This document shows positions 25,206 to 37,289 of a stretch of DNA of 64,000 nt, in pieces. This DNA comes from Torpedo marmorata. Its lineage: Eukaryota. Made by a program: the position numbers and the translations under genes. The notes beneath the pieces are model-generated. The model had not been told where the DNA came from, made no database searches, and saw only the letters and a list, made by a program, of their open reading frames with translations. Location: assembly GCA_977017645.1 (NCBI GenBank), contig OZ360234.1, positions 18,414,001-18,478,000 of the forward strand, read 5' to 3'. Every line of letters begins with the position of its first letter. Position 1 is the first letter of the stretch.

Positions 25206-25658
25206 AAAGCCAGAGGTGTACACTCCAGTGATCATTGGGGAATCAGAGGTGGAGAGGGTGAGCAAATTTAGGTTCTTGGGAGTCACTATCTCAGAAGATC
25301 TTTCCTGGACCCAACACACCAATGGCATCGCGAAGAAAGCACGTCAGCGCCTCTACTTCCTCAGGAGTTTGCGGAGGTTTGGTATGATACCAGAAACCCT
25401 GGCAAATTTCTACAGATGTGTGGTGGAAAGTATGCTGACCGGCTGCATCACAGTCTGGTATGCGAACACCAATACCCCTGAGCGTAAAGCCCTCCAAAAG
25501 GTAGTGGACACAGCCCAGGACATTACTGGCAAAACCCTCCCCACTATTGAGTACATCTACAGGGAACGCTGCCGTCGGAGGGCAGCAGCAATCATCAAAG
25601 ACCCACACCATCCAGCGCACTCTCTGTTTTCGCTGCTGGCATCAGGAGAGAGGTATAG

Positions 25659-25919
25659 TAAAAATACAAGTGCTGGAGAAGCTCAGCAGGTCAAACAGTG
25701 TCTTTTATGTAGCAAAGGTAGAAATACATAACCGACGTTTCGGGCTTGAGCCCTTCATCAAAGTATGAGAAAATGCCGGCAGGCGTCCGAACAAAGAGTG
25801 AGGGGGGGAAGGGGGGTGGCAAAAGCAGGAGATGATAGGTGGAGAAAGGAGGGAGGGGACAGCAGCAAAGAGCGGGAGGAGGGATGGCTGGGTGGGTGGA
25901 AAAACTGGTATAGGATGAT
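25659..25919 (-). mobile_element. Penelope-like element 3' fragment with 12-bp TSD
   Basis: Near-identical to 32933-33170. Flanked by agagaggtatag (25647-25658 and 25920-25931). Confidence 0.85.
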
Positions 25920-27479
25920 AGAGAGGTATAGGTGCCACAAGACTCGCACCACCAGGTTTTGGAACTGCTGCTACCCCTCTACCATCAGAGCCCTCAACGA
26001 CAAAGTCAAATCAGAGACTCATTTAAGGACTCTTACTCGTGCACTTTATTGATTTTTCTTTGCTCTCTCTGTATTGCACAGTTAGTTCCATTTGCAGTTA
26101 GGAGTTCTTTTGAATGTTTACATGTTTACGCTATGTACAGTTTACTTTTGCACTACCAATCAGTGGTAATTCTGTTGCACCCGCAGGAAAAAGAATCTCA
26201 GGGTTGTATGTGACATCATGTATGTATTCTGACAATAAATCTGAAATTTAATATGAATGTTTGCACTATGATGCTGCCGCAAAACACCGAATTTTATGAC
26301 TTGTTCATGACAATAAGTTCTGATTCTGATTTGGGCATAAAAGTAGTAATGTAGAGAGCTGATCAATGACAATTTGTGGAGGCTGCTGGAATGGGGATTA
26401 TTTTAATCAATTCTCAAAAGTTAAATGTTTTAAAAACAATGATTGGATCTTACTGGAAAATAAGTTCCCCCTCTGGTGGGCAGATATTAAAGCACTTTAA
26501 AACATGGGGGAAGGAATGGGAATGCTGTGCATGGACATGTCTTTGAATCTTTCAGAAATGTTAAATCTACTAGAATTCAAAACCATTTCATGCTATAATT
26601 TCTACATGTATAAAGTATTCCCTACATGGCTGAATCTGCTTTTAATACTCTGGGTTCTTGGCTCCTGTCTCCCATGGTGCAGCTGTCTCCAAAGATTTCT
26701 AAAGGTTGCCCTTTAATATTATTTCCCAGGCTGTGTCGAGGACTAATCCTCTTGACTACAATCCTCAACACAAACTGCTTTGGCTTAATTTGGCTGCCGT
26801 CTGTGATCTGATGAGAACAGACCCTCAATGGTCAGCGGGCAGCACAATAGATTGAAGTGCCCTTTCCGTCTCCTGCAACTGTCAGATCCAATTCATTGTA
26901 CCGCTAACAACTGACACAGAAACTATTTCTACAGTAGCATGTCATTTCGGGCAAGCGTTTCTCTCTCTTGCTCCTCCCTCATCAATACCAGACCTGTTAA
27001 CCTGCCTTAATATTACAGTTGCAGAATCTTCCATCCCTCGCTTTATGCTCCCCTTGCCTCGTTTGTTTGTGCATCATTTGGAGTTGTGTAGAATTAAGAT
27101 TTTGAATTTTAGAAATTCTGGATGATGGGATCACATCATTTGGACGACATATGTACCTATTTAATGGCAAAACAAGCAGTAAGCCTAAAATGCAGCAAAA
27201 GTCAGAAATTACACTGGTGTAAGCAGTTACATTTCTTTGATATCCACCTTAAGCCTGTTGATGTATTTTTTGACATGCCAAACGGCATTTATTTTGTGTA
27301 CCAATTGTGATTCTATCTGCTAAACCTAGTGCTGCAGGTGTCCTCTAAAATGCTCTACATCACATCCCTGCATGCACGGTTCCTTTTCTCCTGATGGTTA
27401 ATGTTTACCTTTTTTTAAACAATAGTATGAATCTAATAACATTTAAGTTGGAACATTCTGATATATCTACACAAAATAC

Positions 27480-27995
27480 TTGTGAGACCACACTTGGAGT
27501 ACCGTGTGAAGTTCTGAGAACCCAGCTCTGCAAAAGATGTTGGAAAAGGTGCAGAAAAGATTCATCAGGATGTAACCGAGTTGCATTATTGAGAGGGACC
27601 GACCGGATAGGTTGGGACTTTATTCCCTGGAGCATATGATGCTGAGGGTGATGTTATTTGGGTATCTCAAATCACAAGGGTTATGGCTAAAGAGAATGTT
27701 CAGTCTATTTCCCAGGATAGATGAATCTATGACTAGGGGACATGGGAGGAGAGAGATTTAAGTTGGGGCTGAGGGGCAACATTTTTTCACTCAAAGGGTG
27801 GCCATTAACTGAACCAAGCTGCCAGAGGAAGCTATAGTATGATTTTGACATTCAAAAGATATTTGGACAGATGTATGGACAAGAAGGGTTTAGAAGAATA
27901 TGGGCCAAATAGAGGCAAATGGGACTCGCCAAGTGTGTCAGCTTGTAGGCACGGATGGGATGGACTGAAAGCTTGTTTTGTGCTGTGTAATTTTG
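27480..27995 (+). mobile_element. Degenerate CR1 LINE 3' fragment
   Basis: ttggaaaaggtgcagaaaagattca...gactagggggacat...aagctgccagagga pattern of a CR1 ORF2 end. Confidence 0.6.
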
Positions 27996-29149
27996 ATCAT
28001 GTGAGAATAGAGGGATAGAGAATTAATGCAGGAAAATGGGATGTAGTATAGCTTGGTGTAGATGCAGTGGGTCAAAGGGACAGTTTCTCTGCCGTACAAC
28101 TCTCCAACTCAAACTCCAAGCTTGTGTTTATGTTTTAGTCAAAATGGGACATCCAGACGTGTGCTGGAAGTGCTTTCATATGCAAGATTTGGAAGCCGAT
28201 CATAGGATCAATTTGAAGCAAAATGAAAAAATTATTTAAAAATATTGAGAAGAAAGATTTTGACGTGTCATGATCTGTTGCTGGCCACCGTGGCTGTTTG
28301 TGTTTCTTTTATATTGGTCCTGAATAACAAGAAGATTAAGATAGCTGGCTTGTCAAAATATGTCATAAAACTCATGACAAAACTGTAACTTGAAATGCCA
28401 GCTGCATCAAATGTTCCCTGGAGGTTGCACATAATAAATTGCTCTTTTACTCAGATAACGGATGCCACATTTGGTTTTGGATATTCAAGTGGCTGAAACA
28501 TTATCTGCTCAACACTCAGACCCATCATTTCAAGGAGCATTGGCTTGCATTCATGTTGAGTGCAGGAGTGTGGTGACAATGGACCAGCAACTTTTTATTT
28601 TAAATGGTCTTTTGCAGGTAAAGTTAATGGGTAACATGCCAATCTGACTCTACACCAACAACCATCTGTCTCCTCGGACAGACCATATTCTGTTGAGTGA
28701 TCGGGACAGCTTCTCCAAACTCTGGCCCAATATTGAAGGCTAGCCATTCCAAGTGTTTCATTGAGACTACAAGTATAAACCTGACACTTGAAGTTCAAGT
28801 CCTACTTTACTGCAGGTAATCCTAAAAATCATGCTCTGGCTGTCAAGCTAGTCACATCTGGACAAGTTGTGGGAAGCTCGCCAATCCTTCTGTTACTTGG
28901 CAACTGCACATTTTTAGTTGATTAAACTTCAGTGGCTGTATACTTAAGTAAGTGCAATTTTAACCTGGACCCTTCAAATCTGCTAATGTCTCAATTTGGT
29001 TATGTGAGGTGTACTTCTAAGCAATAAAGTAGTTCATTCTCTGAAGTGAGCAAAGCTATGGACTTCTAAGGGATAAAGAACAGCTTTCATTTGTGCAAAA
29101 TCTTTATGATAGGACAATGTTATATACTTCTGAGAAGCACAGCGGACAA

Positions 29150-30050
29150 AAAGCGATGGCAATATTAAAAGGCTGAATAGAATTTTAGTCATAGTTTTAA
29201 GGAGCAGTTGAAAGAAGGTAAGCAAAATGAGAGATGGGAAGATTTAGGGAAGGAATTCGAGTGCTGGTGCACCATGACCACTATAGGCTCCACAACCAAT
29301 GCTGGGTGGGGACTGGGAATAACAGGAAGTCAGAAATGGAAGATCAATGAGCTGAATATTGTAAGCGGTTACAGATGCAGAGAGAGGGAAAGTACTGCAT
29401 ACGAGGATGACCATTTACTGTTCAAGGTGATGATCAAAGTTGATGGGACCTTGTATGGGTGAAGTCATGAGAGGCATGGCTTGGGATACTTATGGAAGTT
29501 GGATAATGAGATGTCAGCAAAGATGCCATTGGGGGAGTAGATGTGGAGCTGAGGGGCTTCCACAACAAAATAGCTTGTGGCGAAGTAACCAGGAAACATC
29601 ACAAAAGCCAGTGATTGGTATAATGATGAATACAAAATTGAAAGCAAACTCTTGGTGAAATGGCATCAAAAGGTAAGATGCACTCCAATCTGTCAAACTC
29701 AACAACTTTGGAGGGGCATGAATTGATACATGAAAACATTGTCTGGCTGGGATGATGCTTTTAGAGTTTAATTGGAGGTCATCTCGGGTTGTCCATGATA
29801 TTGGATGAGGAATCAGACAATGTAGATGCATGGTGGTGAAATTAAGTTTGGTTTAATCACCACATATGTGAAAGCTGATCCCATTTTCTTTGAACATGTC
29901 AGGAGGTGGGGATGGAAGCTATTGAATGGATTTCTTGGGCCACAACTACATGATTTAAGTGGAATGAGTGGGGATCTGGCTGTCAGTGCCATAGGTTGAG
30001 GCAAAGAACAAGGAATATTGATCGAAGGTCATGATGGATTCAGTTTGTGG
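29150..30050 (-). mobile_element. Old L2-like LINE relic
   Basis: ttttaaggagcagttgaaag...gatttagggaaggaattc antisense L2-type 3' pattern. Highly decayed. Confidence 0.4.
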
Positions 30051-31839
30051 CTTTGCTTAAGATTGCTTGAATGCTATGACAGGAAATGCAACACATTTGT
30101 TGAGATTCAAACATGCAGGAAACAAGGATTGGAGAACTTTAATTTGGGCAGAATGGCAGCCGTGCTTGTGGCAATAGTTTGATACCTCACAAAGTATGGA
30201 ATCTGAGCTGTGGTGACATCCTCAGGATATGCCATGTATTTAATCAGTGGTGAAGCCATTATTAAGTAAAGAGTGGCATTCCAGAAGGAGAGTTTAAGGC
30301 TTCCCACACAATTGCTCCTAGCTATCCCCTGCTCTTACCTCATTCCCCCCCCCCCCCCCGCCACCCCACCAAACACCAACCACTCAGAAGCCCTACACTC
30401 TTTTTTTTCTTTGAAATCTTTGGGATAGATTCCAGGGCTCACGATCATTATCTGGAGGGTAATGTTACATGGTCCCTCTGCATCGCAGTTTACTAAGTTA
30501 CTCATTTTAAGCAAATGGTCCTTGGCTATGAACCTGGTAACAGCTGTATTTGTCTATTATATTAAACTGTATATATTACATATTTTTAATTTTGAATGAT
30601 ATTTGAGACACATTGCAAACATCTGTCAGCACTCAGTTTTCATACTACTTAACACTGAAAGTATTTTACATAGTTTGCTTTGTAGTGAGTTCATTATGTT
30701 CTTTCTGTTTAGGCAAGCAGGTCAGGAAAAGCCTTGTTTCCAATAAATGTTAATGTCTGCTGTCCCCCCACTTACAATAAATACTGATGAAATAATTGCT
30801 GATTCATGGCTAAGACTGCAGACAATTCTGTAAAGTGTTTTACAGTCCTGTGTTACCAGCACTAAACAAAACCACTTGTGTGCCCAGACGAGTCCTTCCA
30901 CACGTGGCAGCTGCGTCACGAGTTCTCAGTTCAAAATTCTTTTGGTTTTCTGACCATACCTAGAATATCTTTATTTCATCAAATCTGGGATTGGGGCTTT
31001 TGTAGGTTGGATTCAATGCTTCACTGTTGCAAAGTGAACGTTTCCGTTCAAGCGTGGAACCTCTTCTTCATCACCTAGCAAATGACACATTGAGGAAATG
31101 GTGCTTTCCTTTCTCCATAACTACAAGGCCATGCCTACAGCCCATTGCATGTCAGAGAATGAGACTCCCTGATGAATTGAAATGGACCAGTGGGTCAAGA
31201 TCTGGCTGTGTTTGGGATGAATCTGAGCGACCTCTCCTAAATGTAAGGGAATATGGACCAGGCAGGTTGAAATCATTCTGAAAAAGCTGGGTTCAAGGTG
31301 AGCCTGATCAGGTCATGCTTATTCAGAAAATGGTTGCTTAACCTGAACAGCCACCAAACAAATCATATCTGAAAACCTGCTTATGGATCACTTGGGGATC
31401 ACTGCCTACCTCAGATCCTTTCTTGCAACAGTAAGAGATTAGAGTCCAGGTTAATGTTTTTTTTTCTGTGAAGTGTCTTATTTAAAAGCTCTTTCTATAC
31501 TCTGTAGCTGCTAAAGATTTTCAGCAACATCTTGTGTTGTGAAAGATAAAAGATTGAAGGATTTGGATGGGCAAGTAAACCAGATTCTTAGATTTTATTC
31601 TTTGATGCTCGGTGTATGTTTCCCTGTTGAATACACTGCTGATTAACATTACAGTTTAGCAAGGTGTTTTTAATAATTACCAGAAAATAGATTCAGTCAA
31701 TTGGTATAAGTGATAGATTTCTCTTATCATTCCTTTAAGCATTATTTTGGTTGGGTCTGACATAGTCTTCTCAAAGAGCCAGAGATCATGTGAGAATAAT
31801 GTAAGATGTTGGTTGAATATATTCATTTTTAGGGATAGG

Positions 31840-32932
31840 GGCATGCTGGCTGGGTCAGCATTTATTGTTAATCCCTAACTCCCCTTGAGAAGGTGGTGAT
31901 GAGCCACCTCCTTGAAACACTGCAGTGCTTTTGCGGAAGGTAGTCGGTGCTGTTAGCAAGGGAGTTCCAGGAGTTGGACCTCTTGATGATGAAGGACCAG
32001 TGAGGTGTTTCCACATCAGGATGGGACGTGATTTGTAGGGGAACGTGCAGGTGGTGGTGTTCCCTTGTGCCTCTTGACTTTGTCCTCCTTGGTATCAGAG
32101 GTAATGTTTTGAAAGTGCTGTTGGGAGTAGCCTGGGAGAGTAACATTTTGGAGATGGTTCACATTGGATTTACTGTTCCTTGGCAGTGGAGGAATGAATA
32201 TACAGAGTGGTTGATGGGGCGCCAGTCCTGGACAGCGTGGAGGTGCCGGCCTTGCCCTGGACGGCGTGGACATGGAGCCTTTTATTTGCTGAGAAGTTGT
32301 GAATGGAATTTTACATTGTGCAATTTTCAGCAGATTCCACTTTGCCCTTGTGATGGAGGGAAGGTCATCGATGAGGCAGCTTGGGCTGAGGATAGTGGCC
32401 TGTGAAACTGCTTCCGTGGAAAGGTCAACCTCTGGTAAACACAACCATCTTCCCTTGTTGAGGAATGACTCATTCGATTCGATTTGATCCTATTGACTTC
32501 AGTTTTACCAGGTGTCATTCCTTGACTAAATGCTGCCCTAAAGTTAAGGGTAGTCATTATCATCTCACCTCGAGAATTGAGCTCTTTGGTGCATGTTTCA
32601 TTGAGCAGGTAATTGAGCAGGTAGCAGCAATAAATACTACTTGATAGCACTGTCAGCAACAGCTTCCATTCATTTGCTGATGATTAAGAATAGACTTTTG
32701 GGGCAGTGATTTAAGTACTGAATTTGTCTTGCTTTTGTAAGTAGAATAAACCTGGGCAATTCTTCCCATTATTGAGTGGATACCATTTTTGTTGTAACTA
32801 TACTGAAACAGTGGCTAGAGATCCAGCTAGTTCTGGAACACAGGTCTTCATTGCACAGCTTGGATGATGTCTGGTCTGATATCCAGTGCTTTCAGCCATT
32901 CCTGTATATCACATGAATTGAATAGGCTGTGG
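31840..32932 (-). mobile_element. Old CR1/L2-group LINE relic, continues after 33951
   Basis: Antisense 3' end (cagcatttattg...ccttgagaaggtggtg) and a WNSL motif in ORF 31868-32146. Confidence 0.6.
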
Positions 32933-33950
32933 TAAAAAACACAAATGCTGGAGAAACTCAGCAGGTCAAACAGTGTCTTTTATGTAGCAAAAGTAGAAAT
33001 ACATAACCGACGTTTCGGGCTTGAGCCCTTCATCAAAGTATGAGAAAATGCCGGTAGGCGTCCAAACAAAAGAGTAAGGGGGGTGGCAAAGGCGGGAGAT
33101 GATAGGTGGAGAAAGGAGGGAGGGGACAGCAGCAGAGAGGGGGAGGAGGGATGGCTAGGTAGCTGGGGAAAAACAGGAAGGACAGGTGAGGGGGGAGGGG
33201 AAGGGAATGACAAGCAGGTTTAGTGGAAAGCAGAAAAGTCAATGTTAATGCCATCTGGCTGGAGAGTGCCGAGACGGAAAATGGGATGTTGTTCCTCCAA
33301 TTTGCGGGTAGTCTGGGTGGGATAGTACATAAGGCCATGGACAGACATGTGAGTGTGGGAGTGTGACCCGGAATTGATATGGTTGGCTACTGGGAGGTCG
33401 CTGTTGTTTCGAACGGAGAGGAGGTGCTCAGCAAAGCGATCTCCCAATCTACGACCGGTCTCTCCAATGTAGAGAAAGCCACAAAGGGAGCAGTAAATAA
33501 GTTCTCTGGATGTACAAGTGAAGTGTAGTTTCACTTGGAAGGCCTGTTTGGGGCCCTGAACCGTGGTGAGGGGGGAGGTGTGGGAGCAGGTGTTACACCT
33601 CCTGCGGGCACAGGGGAAGGTGCCGGGGGTGCGATGGGTGGGGAGGGATGAGTGCACGAGTGAATCGCGGAGGGAGCGGTCCCTACGGAAGGCCGAGAGG
33701 GGAGGAGAAGGAAAAATGTGTCTGGTGGTGGGATCCTGTAGTAAGTGCCGGAAATTCCGCCAGATTATGTGTTGGATGCGGAGGCTGGTGGGATGGTAGG
33801 TGAGGATGGGGGGGGGATTCTATGTTTGTTGCGTCTGGGGGCAGAGTTGGCCAGGGCAGACGAGCGGGAAATGGAGGAGATGCGGGTGAGGGCTGAGTTG
33901 GTGGTGGATTACTTCAACCACGGTGTCTACAGATTTTCGTGTTTTACTTC
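32933..33950 (-). mobile_element. Penelope-like retroelement, 5'-truncated, with GIY-YIG endonuclease region
   Basis: ORF 33220-33657: GTFPCARRRCNTC...LIYC.LCGFLYIGETGRRLGDRFAEH...VANH. 14-bp TSD tgaataggctgtgg (32919-32932 and 33951-33964). Short inverted terminal piece at about 33909-33950. Confidence 0.92.
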
Positions 33951-35484
33951 TGAATAGGCTGTGGACTGGCTTCCATGAGGGTAGACATGTAATCTATTTG
34001 GCACTTCAGGGTACCTTTTATTATCTTCCTATTGGCTGATAGATGAGGTGTTGATTGGTTTGTTAATGGGGTCAATTTGTCTCATTGGCATCAATGGACA
34101 GTATAGAAACAATTCTTGGTTCACCAAAGGAATAAACAATTTTCATCGCCGTGCTTTACTGAAGCCGTTTGGAGAGCAGTCAGTGGAGAACAATTGCTGA
34201 CAGCTTGCTGGTCAGGGATATTGGAACTTCCACAGCTCTGCTGAAGCAGATGGACTCTCTAAGTGTTGGCAAGTGGGTGGGAGTATCCATTTCTGGCTGC
34301 AGAAGTTTTGGCAAGCTCCATAATTTGGCCAGACAATTCTCAGTTCCAGCAGCCAGAGTAAGCTCTAACCACTTGAAGATCAGAATTGCATCAGAGTACT
34401 GAAGAAAATATTGGACACTGATTTCAATATTTTGTTTGTAAACTTCAGACAGAAGTTTATGAACAGCCAGATGCTTGATTGAAAATCAAGACAAGCAGCC
34501 CCTGTGACATGATTGGTGGCCATTTTTTAGGAAATGGATCACTTTCATTCATGAGCAATGTAGGGTAATAGGCAGATGATGATTGTCTGATATCTTCAGG
34601 AGAAGGAGGGAGAAACAGGACAAAAAATATTCACACACTTCTTGCTCCATGTTCAAACTAATCCTCAAAGAACAGTGTTTAACACCAGTACCTTGACATC
34701 TTTAATTCTCCTTTGGGCAGAGTAGCAAGAGTACTGTCAGATTTTCTTCTTGTCTCTGGCTTATGAGATCAAATAAACTCTTAAAGGGCAGATTGGAAGT
34801 CGTGCTGATTTTGTCTGACCTAGAAAAAGCCCTGTAGGTTTGACAAGTCTGTGTGTGTTCTTAGGCAGTAATGAAGGAGAAAGGGTATGTTAATTGGTCA
34901 TTAGTTAATGCCAGGAAGCATTTGTACAGATGCTTTGAATCTGGAAGTGAGTTAATTACCAATTAATATAAATCTTTGCATTAATAAAACAGTTTGTGTT
35001 TTTTGTGTTCAAATGAAAAAAAAAATTTCATTTCAACTTCCATCAAAAATTGTATTGATCAAAGGACAAAACTGCACTGGATCTATATAGTGCAATGATG
35101 TTACTGATATGTGAACTTATTTCAACCAATCAGCAAATGATTTAAAATCAGAAGTCATTGCAGGGAGTTGCGGTGACTGGAAACTTGAAATGTCTGATCA
35201 GATTGTGTGCAAATACTGAGTGACCAGCAGCAAATTGGTTCTCCTTTAGCATTTTTCTTACCTACCAAAAAATTATTCAGGTGGTATTGAAATGAAGGAG
35301 CCATATAAATGGCATGTTTTTGTTTCCTTCATCTGAACAGTATGTGATGTATGAAAACAATACCTCATGGCCCAGTAGTAGTTTCTGTCCTTCCATTCCA
35401 ACCACAATGTTTGAAGGACACAAACTCCAGTTAACCAAGGCAAAAGATTTCAGTATTACTGCCTCACTGGTCTTTGTTGGTTAG

Positions 35485-35995
35485 ACCATTAGATGAAGGA
35501 GCAGAATTGTGTCATTTGGCACGTTGAGTTTCATCTGTCATTCAAATCATGGCTGATACATATTTTTTCCTCTCAACCCAATTCTCTTGCCTTCTCCCTG
35601 TAACCTTTGACACCTTTACTAATCAAGAACATATCAACCTCCACTTTAAATATACCCAATGACGATCTCCACAGCTGTATGTACCTCTGGCTGAAGAAGT
35701 TTCTCCTCATCTCTGTTCTAAAGGGATGTCCTTTTATTTCTGAGGCTGTGCCCTCTGGTCCTCTCCGAATACAGGAAATTTCTTCTCTACATCCTCTCTC
35801 TTGCCCTTTCAATATTTAGTTTGTTTAAATGAAATCCCTCCTTATCCTTCTGAATGCTAGTGAATACAGGAACCATCAAATGATCCTTGTATGTTAATCC
35901 TTTCATCCCTGGGATCATTCTCATAAACCTCCTCTGGACCCTCTCCAACGCCAGCACATCCTTCCTTTGATATGGGGCACAAAACTCTTCACACT
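35485..35995 (-). mobile_element. CR1 LINE 3' fragment
   Basis: Minus-strand ORFs KDVLALERVQRRFMRMIPGMKGL and FRTEMRRNFFSQR. Confidence 0.85.
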
Positions 35996-36311
35996 GTTTG
36001 TGAGGTTCATTTGTGGTTGAAGAAAAAAAAACTCCAGTCATTGGGTACAACTGAACCATACTGATTTATATACCGTATATTTCGGAGTATAAGTTGACTT
36101 GCGGATAAGTCGACCCCCCTTTTTCAGCCCCATTTTAATGGTTTTATTGTATATCTGGCGTATAAGTCGACCCCCAATTTTCGGGCTGTCCGGGCCTCCC
36201 AGCAACAACCCAAAATTTGTTACAACAACCCAATCGCCAAGTAACAAGCTGTAAATTAAGCAAGTAAGTAAAAAAAACAGTTAAAAAAAATCTTTGCTTC
36301 TGGCCGGGAAG

Positions 36312-36469
36312 ATGCCAAACGGAGCTGGGTCCAAGTCTTTAGCTTCAAGCTGCAGCCAGAGTCGGCGACGGGCAACTCCATTCTCCACATCGGTTGCAGT
36401 GCTTTCCGCATCGAAGAAGTCGCATCGCTGCCCAAGTGTGCTCGGTGCAGGAACCACGGCTTCGTGTCG
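36312..36469 (+). pseudogene. dmrt1: Captured fragment of a dmrt1-like first exon (N-terminus and start of DM domain), frameshifted and truncated
   Basis: ATG 36312 gives MPNGAGSKSL...SASKKSHR. After a -1 shift at 36428 the frame reads LPKCARCRNHGFVS. Compare DMRT1 MPN...SKKSPRLPKCARCRNHG(YA/FV)SPLKGHK. Confidence 0.85.
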
Positions 36470-36470
36470 G

Positions 36471-36720
36471 CTCCCGGGCAGGAGCGGTGACCTTGTTCTC
36501 TCGGGCAGGTGCGGCGACCTCGTTCTCCCGGGCAGGTGCGGCGACCTCGTTCTCCCGGGCAGGTGCGGCGACCTCGTTCTCCCGGCAGGAGCGGGAACGG
36601 ACTCGGACTACGTGGCAGGAGCAGGAACCTCACCCTACCGGCCAGGAGCATCGGCCTCGGCTTACCGGGCAGGAGCGGCGACCTCAGGCTCCCGGGTAGG
36701 AGCGTGGACCTCGGGCTCTA
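36471..36720 (+). repeat. 27-bp GC-rich minisatellite, about 9 copies decaying to the right
   Basis: Unit ctcccgggcaggtgcggcgacctcgtt. Confidence 0.9.
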
Positions 36721-37289
36721 CAATTGTAGAATGTCTGGGTGGTTTATGGCAGCGCCCGGTGGTGGGGAGGTGCTTCCAGGGTCGACCTATACGCCAAATC
36801 GGTTTTTCATGGGTCGACCTATACGCCGAATCGGGTTTTCAAGGGTCGACTTATACGCCGCAACGGCGTGGAGTAGTTTTTGAGCTGATTTTCAGGTCTC
36901 AAAAGTATATCCGGCGTATAAGTCGACCCCTGTTTTTTGAGAGATTTTTGAGGGTTTCAAGACTCGACTTATACGCCGAAATATACGGTATTCTAAATTT
37001 CAATCTCCTACCCAAAGAATGGAAAAGTTAAAGGAGGGGATAATAATTAGCTCCAGTAAATTGGGATAGGGATGCAAATATTGGCTGCACCTCCGCCAAG
37101 CAACTTCCTTGCATTTTCTGGCTTCTATAGCCCAACATGATCAATGCAGTCATTATTGATCAGATGTCTCCAACAAATATTTGCCAAATATAATATCCTT
37201 GGTTTTCTTTGTATATGGACATTCTCAGTTATTAGCCTTGTCATAAACAGCACCAATTTGCCAATTTACTTATTTTGGAGTATGATAAT

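Larger units (their letters stand above)
23425..26248 (+). mobile_element. Rex1/Babar-like LINE split by two nested insertions
   Basis: [38 protein letters not shown] and KARQRLYFLRSLRRFG motifs. The reading RKGK|PEVYTPV is restored by removing the LTR. Confidence 0.9.
36073..36988. mobile_element. Tc1/mariner-superfamily (Tc2/pogo-like) non-autonomous transposon, 916 bp, carrying host cargo
   Basis: TA on both sides (36071-72, 36989-90). 25-bp TIRs ccgtatatttcgg(a/c)gtataagt(t/c)ga with 2 mismatches. About 8 copies of a GTATAAGTCGAC-like motif near the ends. No transposase. Confidence 0.92.

Noticed and set aside
30345-30370. Poly-C tract as a functional G-quadruplex (also G-runs at 2607-2651)
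   Set aside because: Simple homopolymer runs that are error-prone in assembly, with no supporting context.
36471-36720. CRISPR-like array (also 64-210)
   Set aside because: Contiguous tandem units with no unique spacers, no cas genes, and a vertebrate context.
36717-36730. Palindrome TCTACAATTGTAGA as a DMRT binding site next to the dmrt1 fragment
   Set aside because: The DM consensus core is ACA(A/T)TGT with one central base. This has two, so the spacing does not fit.
36294-37031. 245-aa ORF as a real protein-coding gene
   Set aside because: It is the captured dmrt1-like start running out of frame into a GC-rich minisatellite and the transposon end. It stays open because of low stop-codon density.
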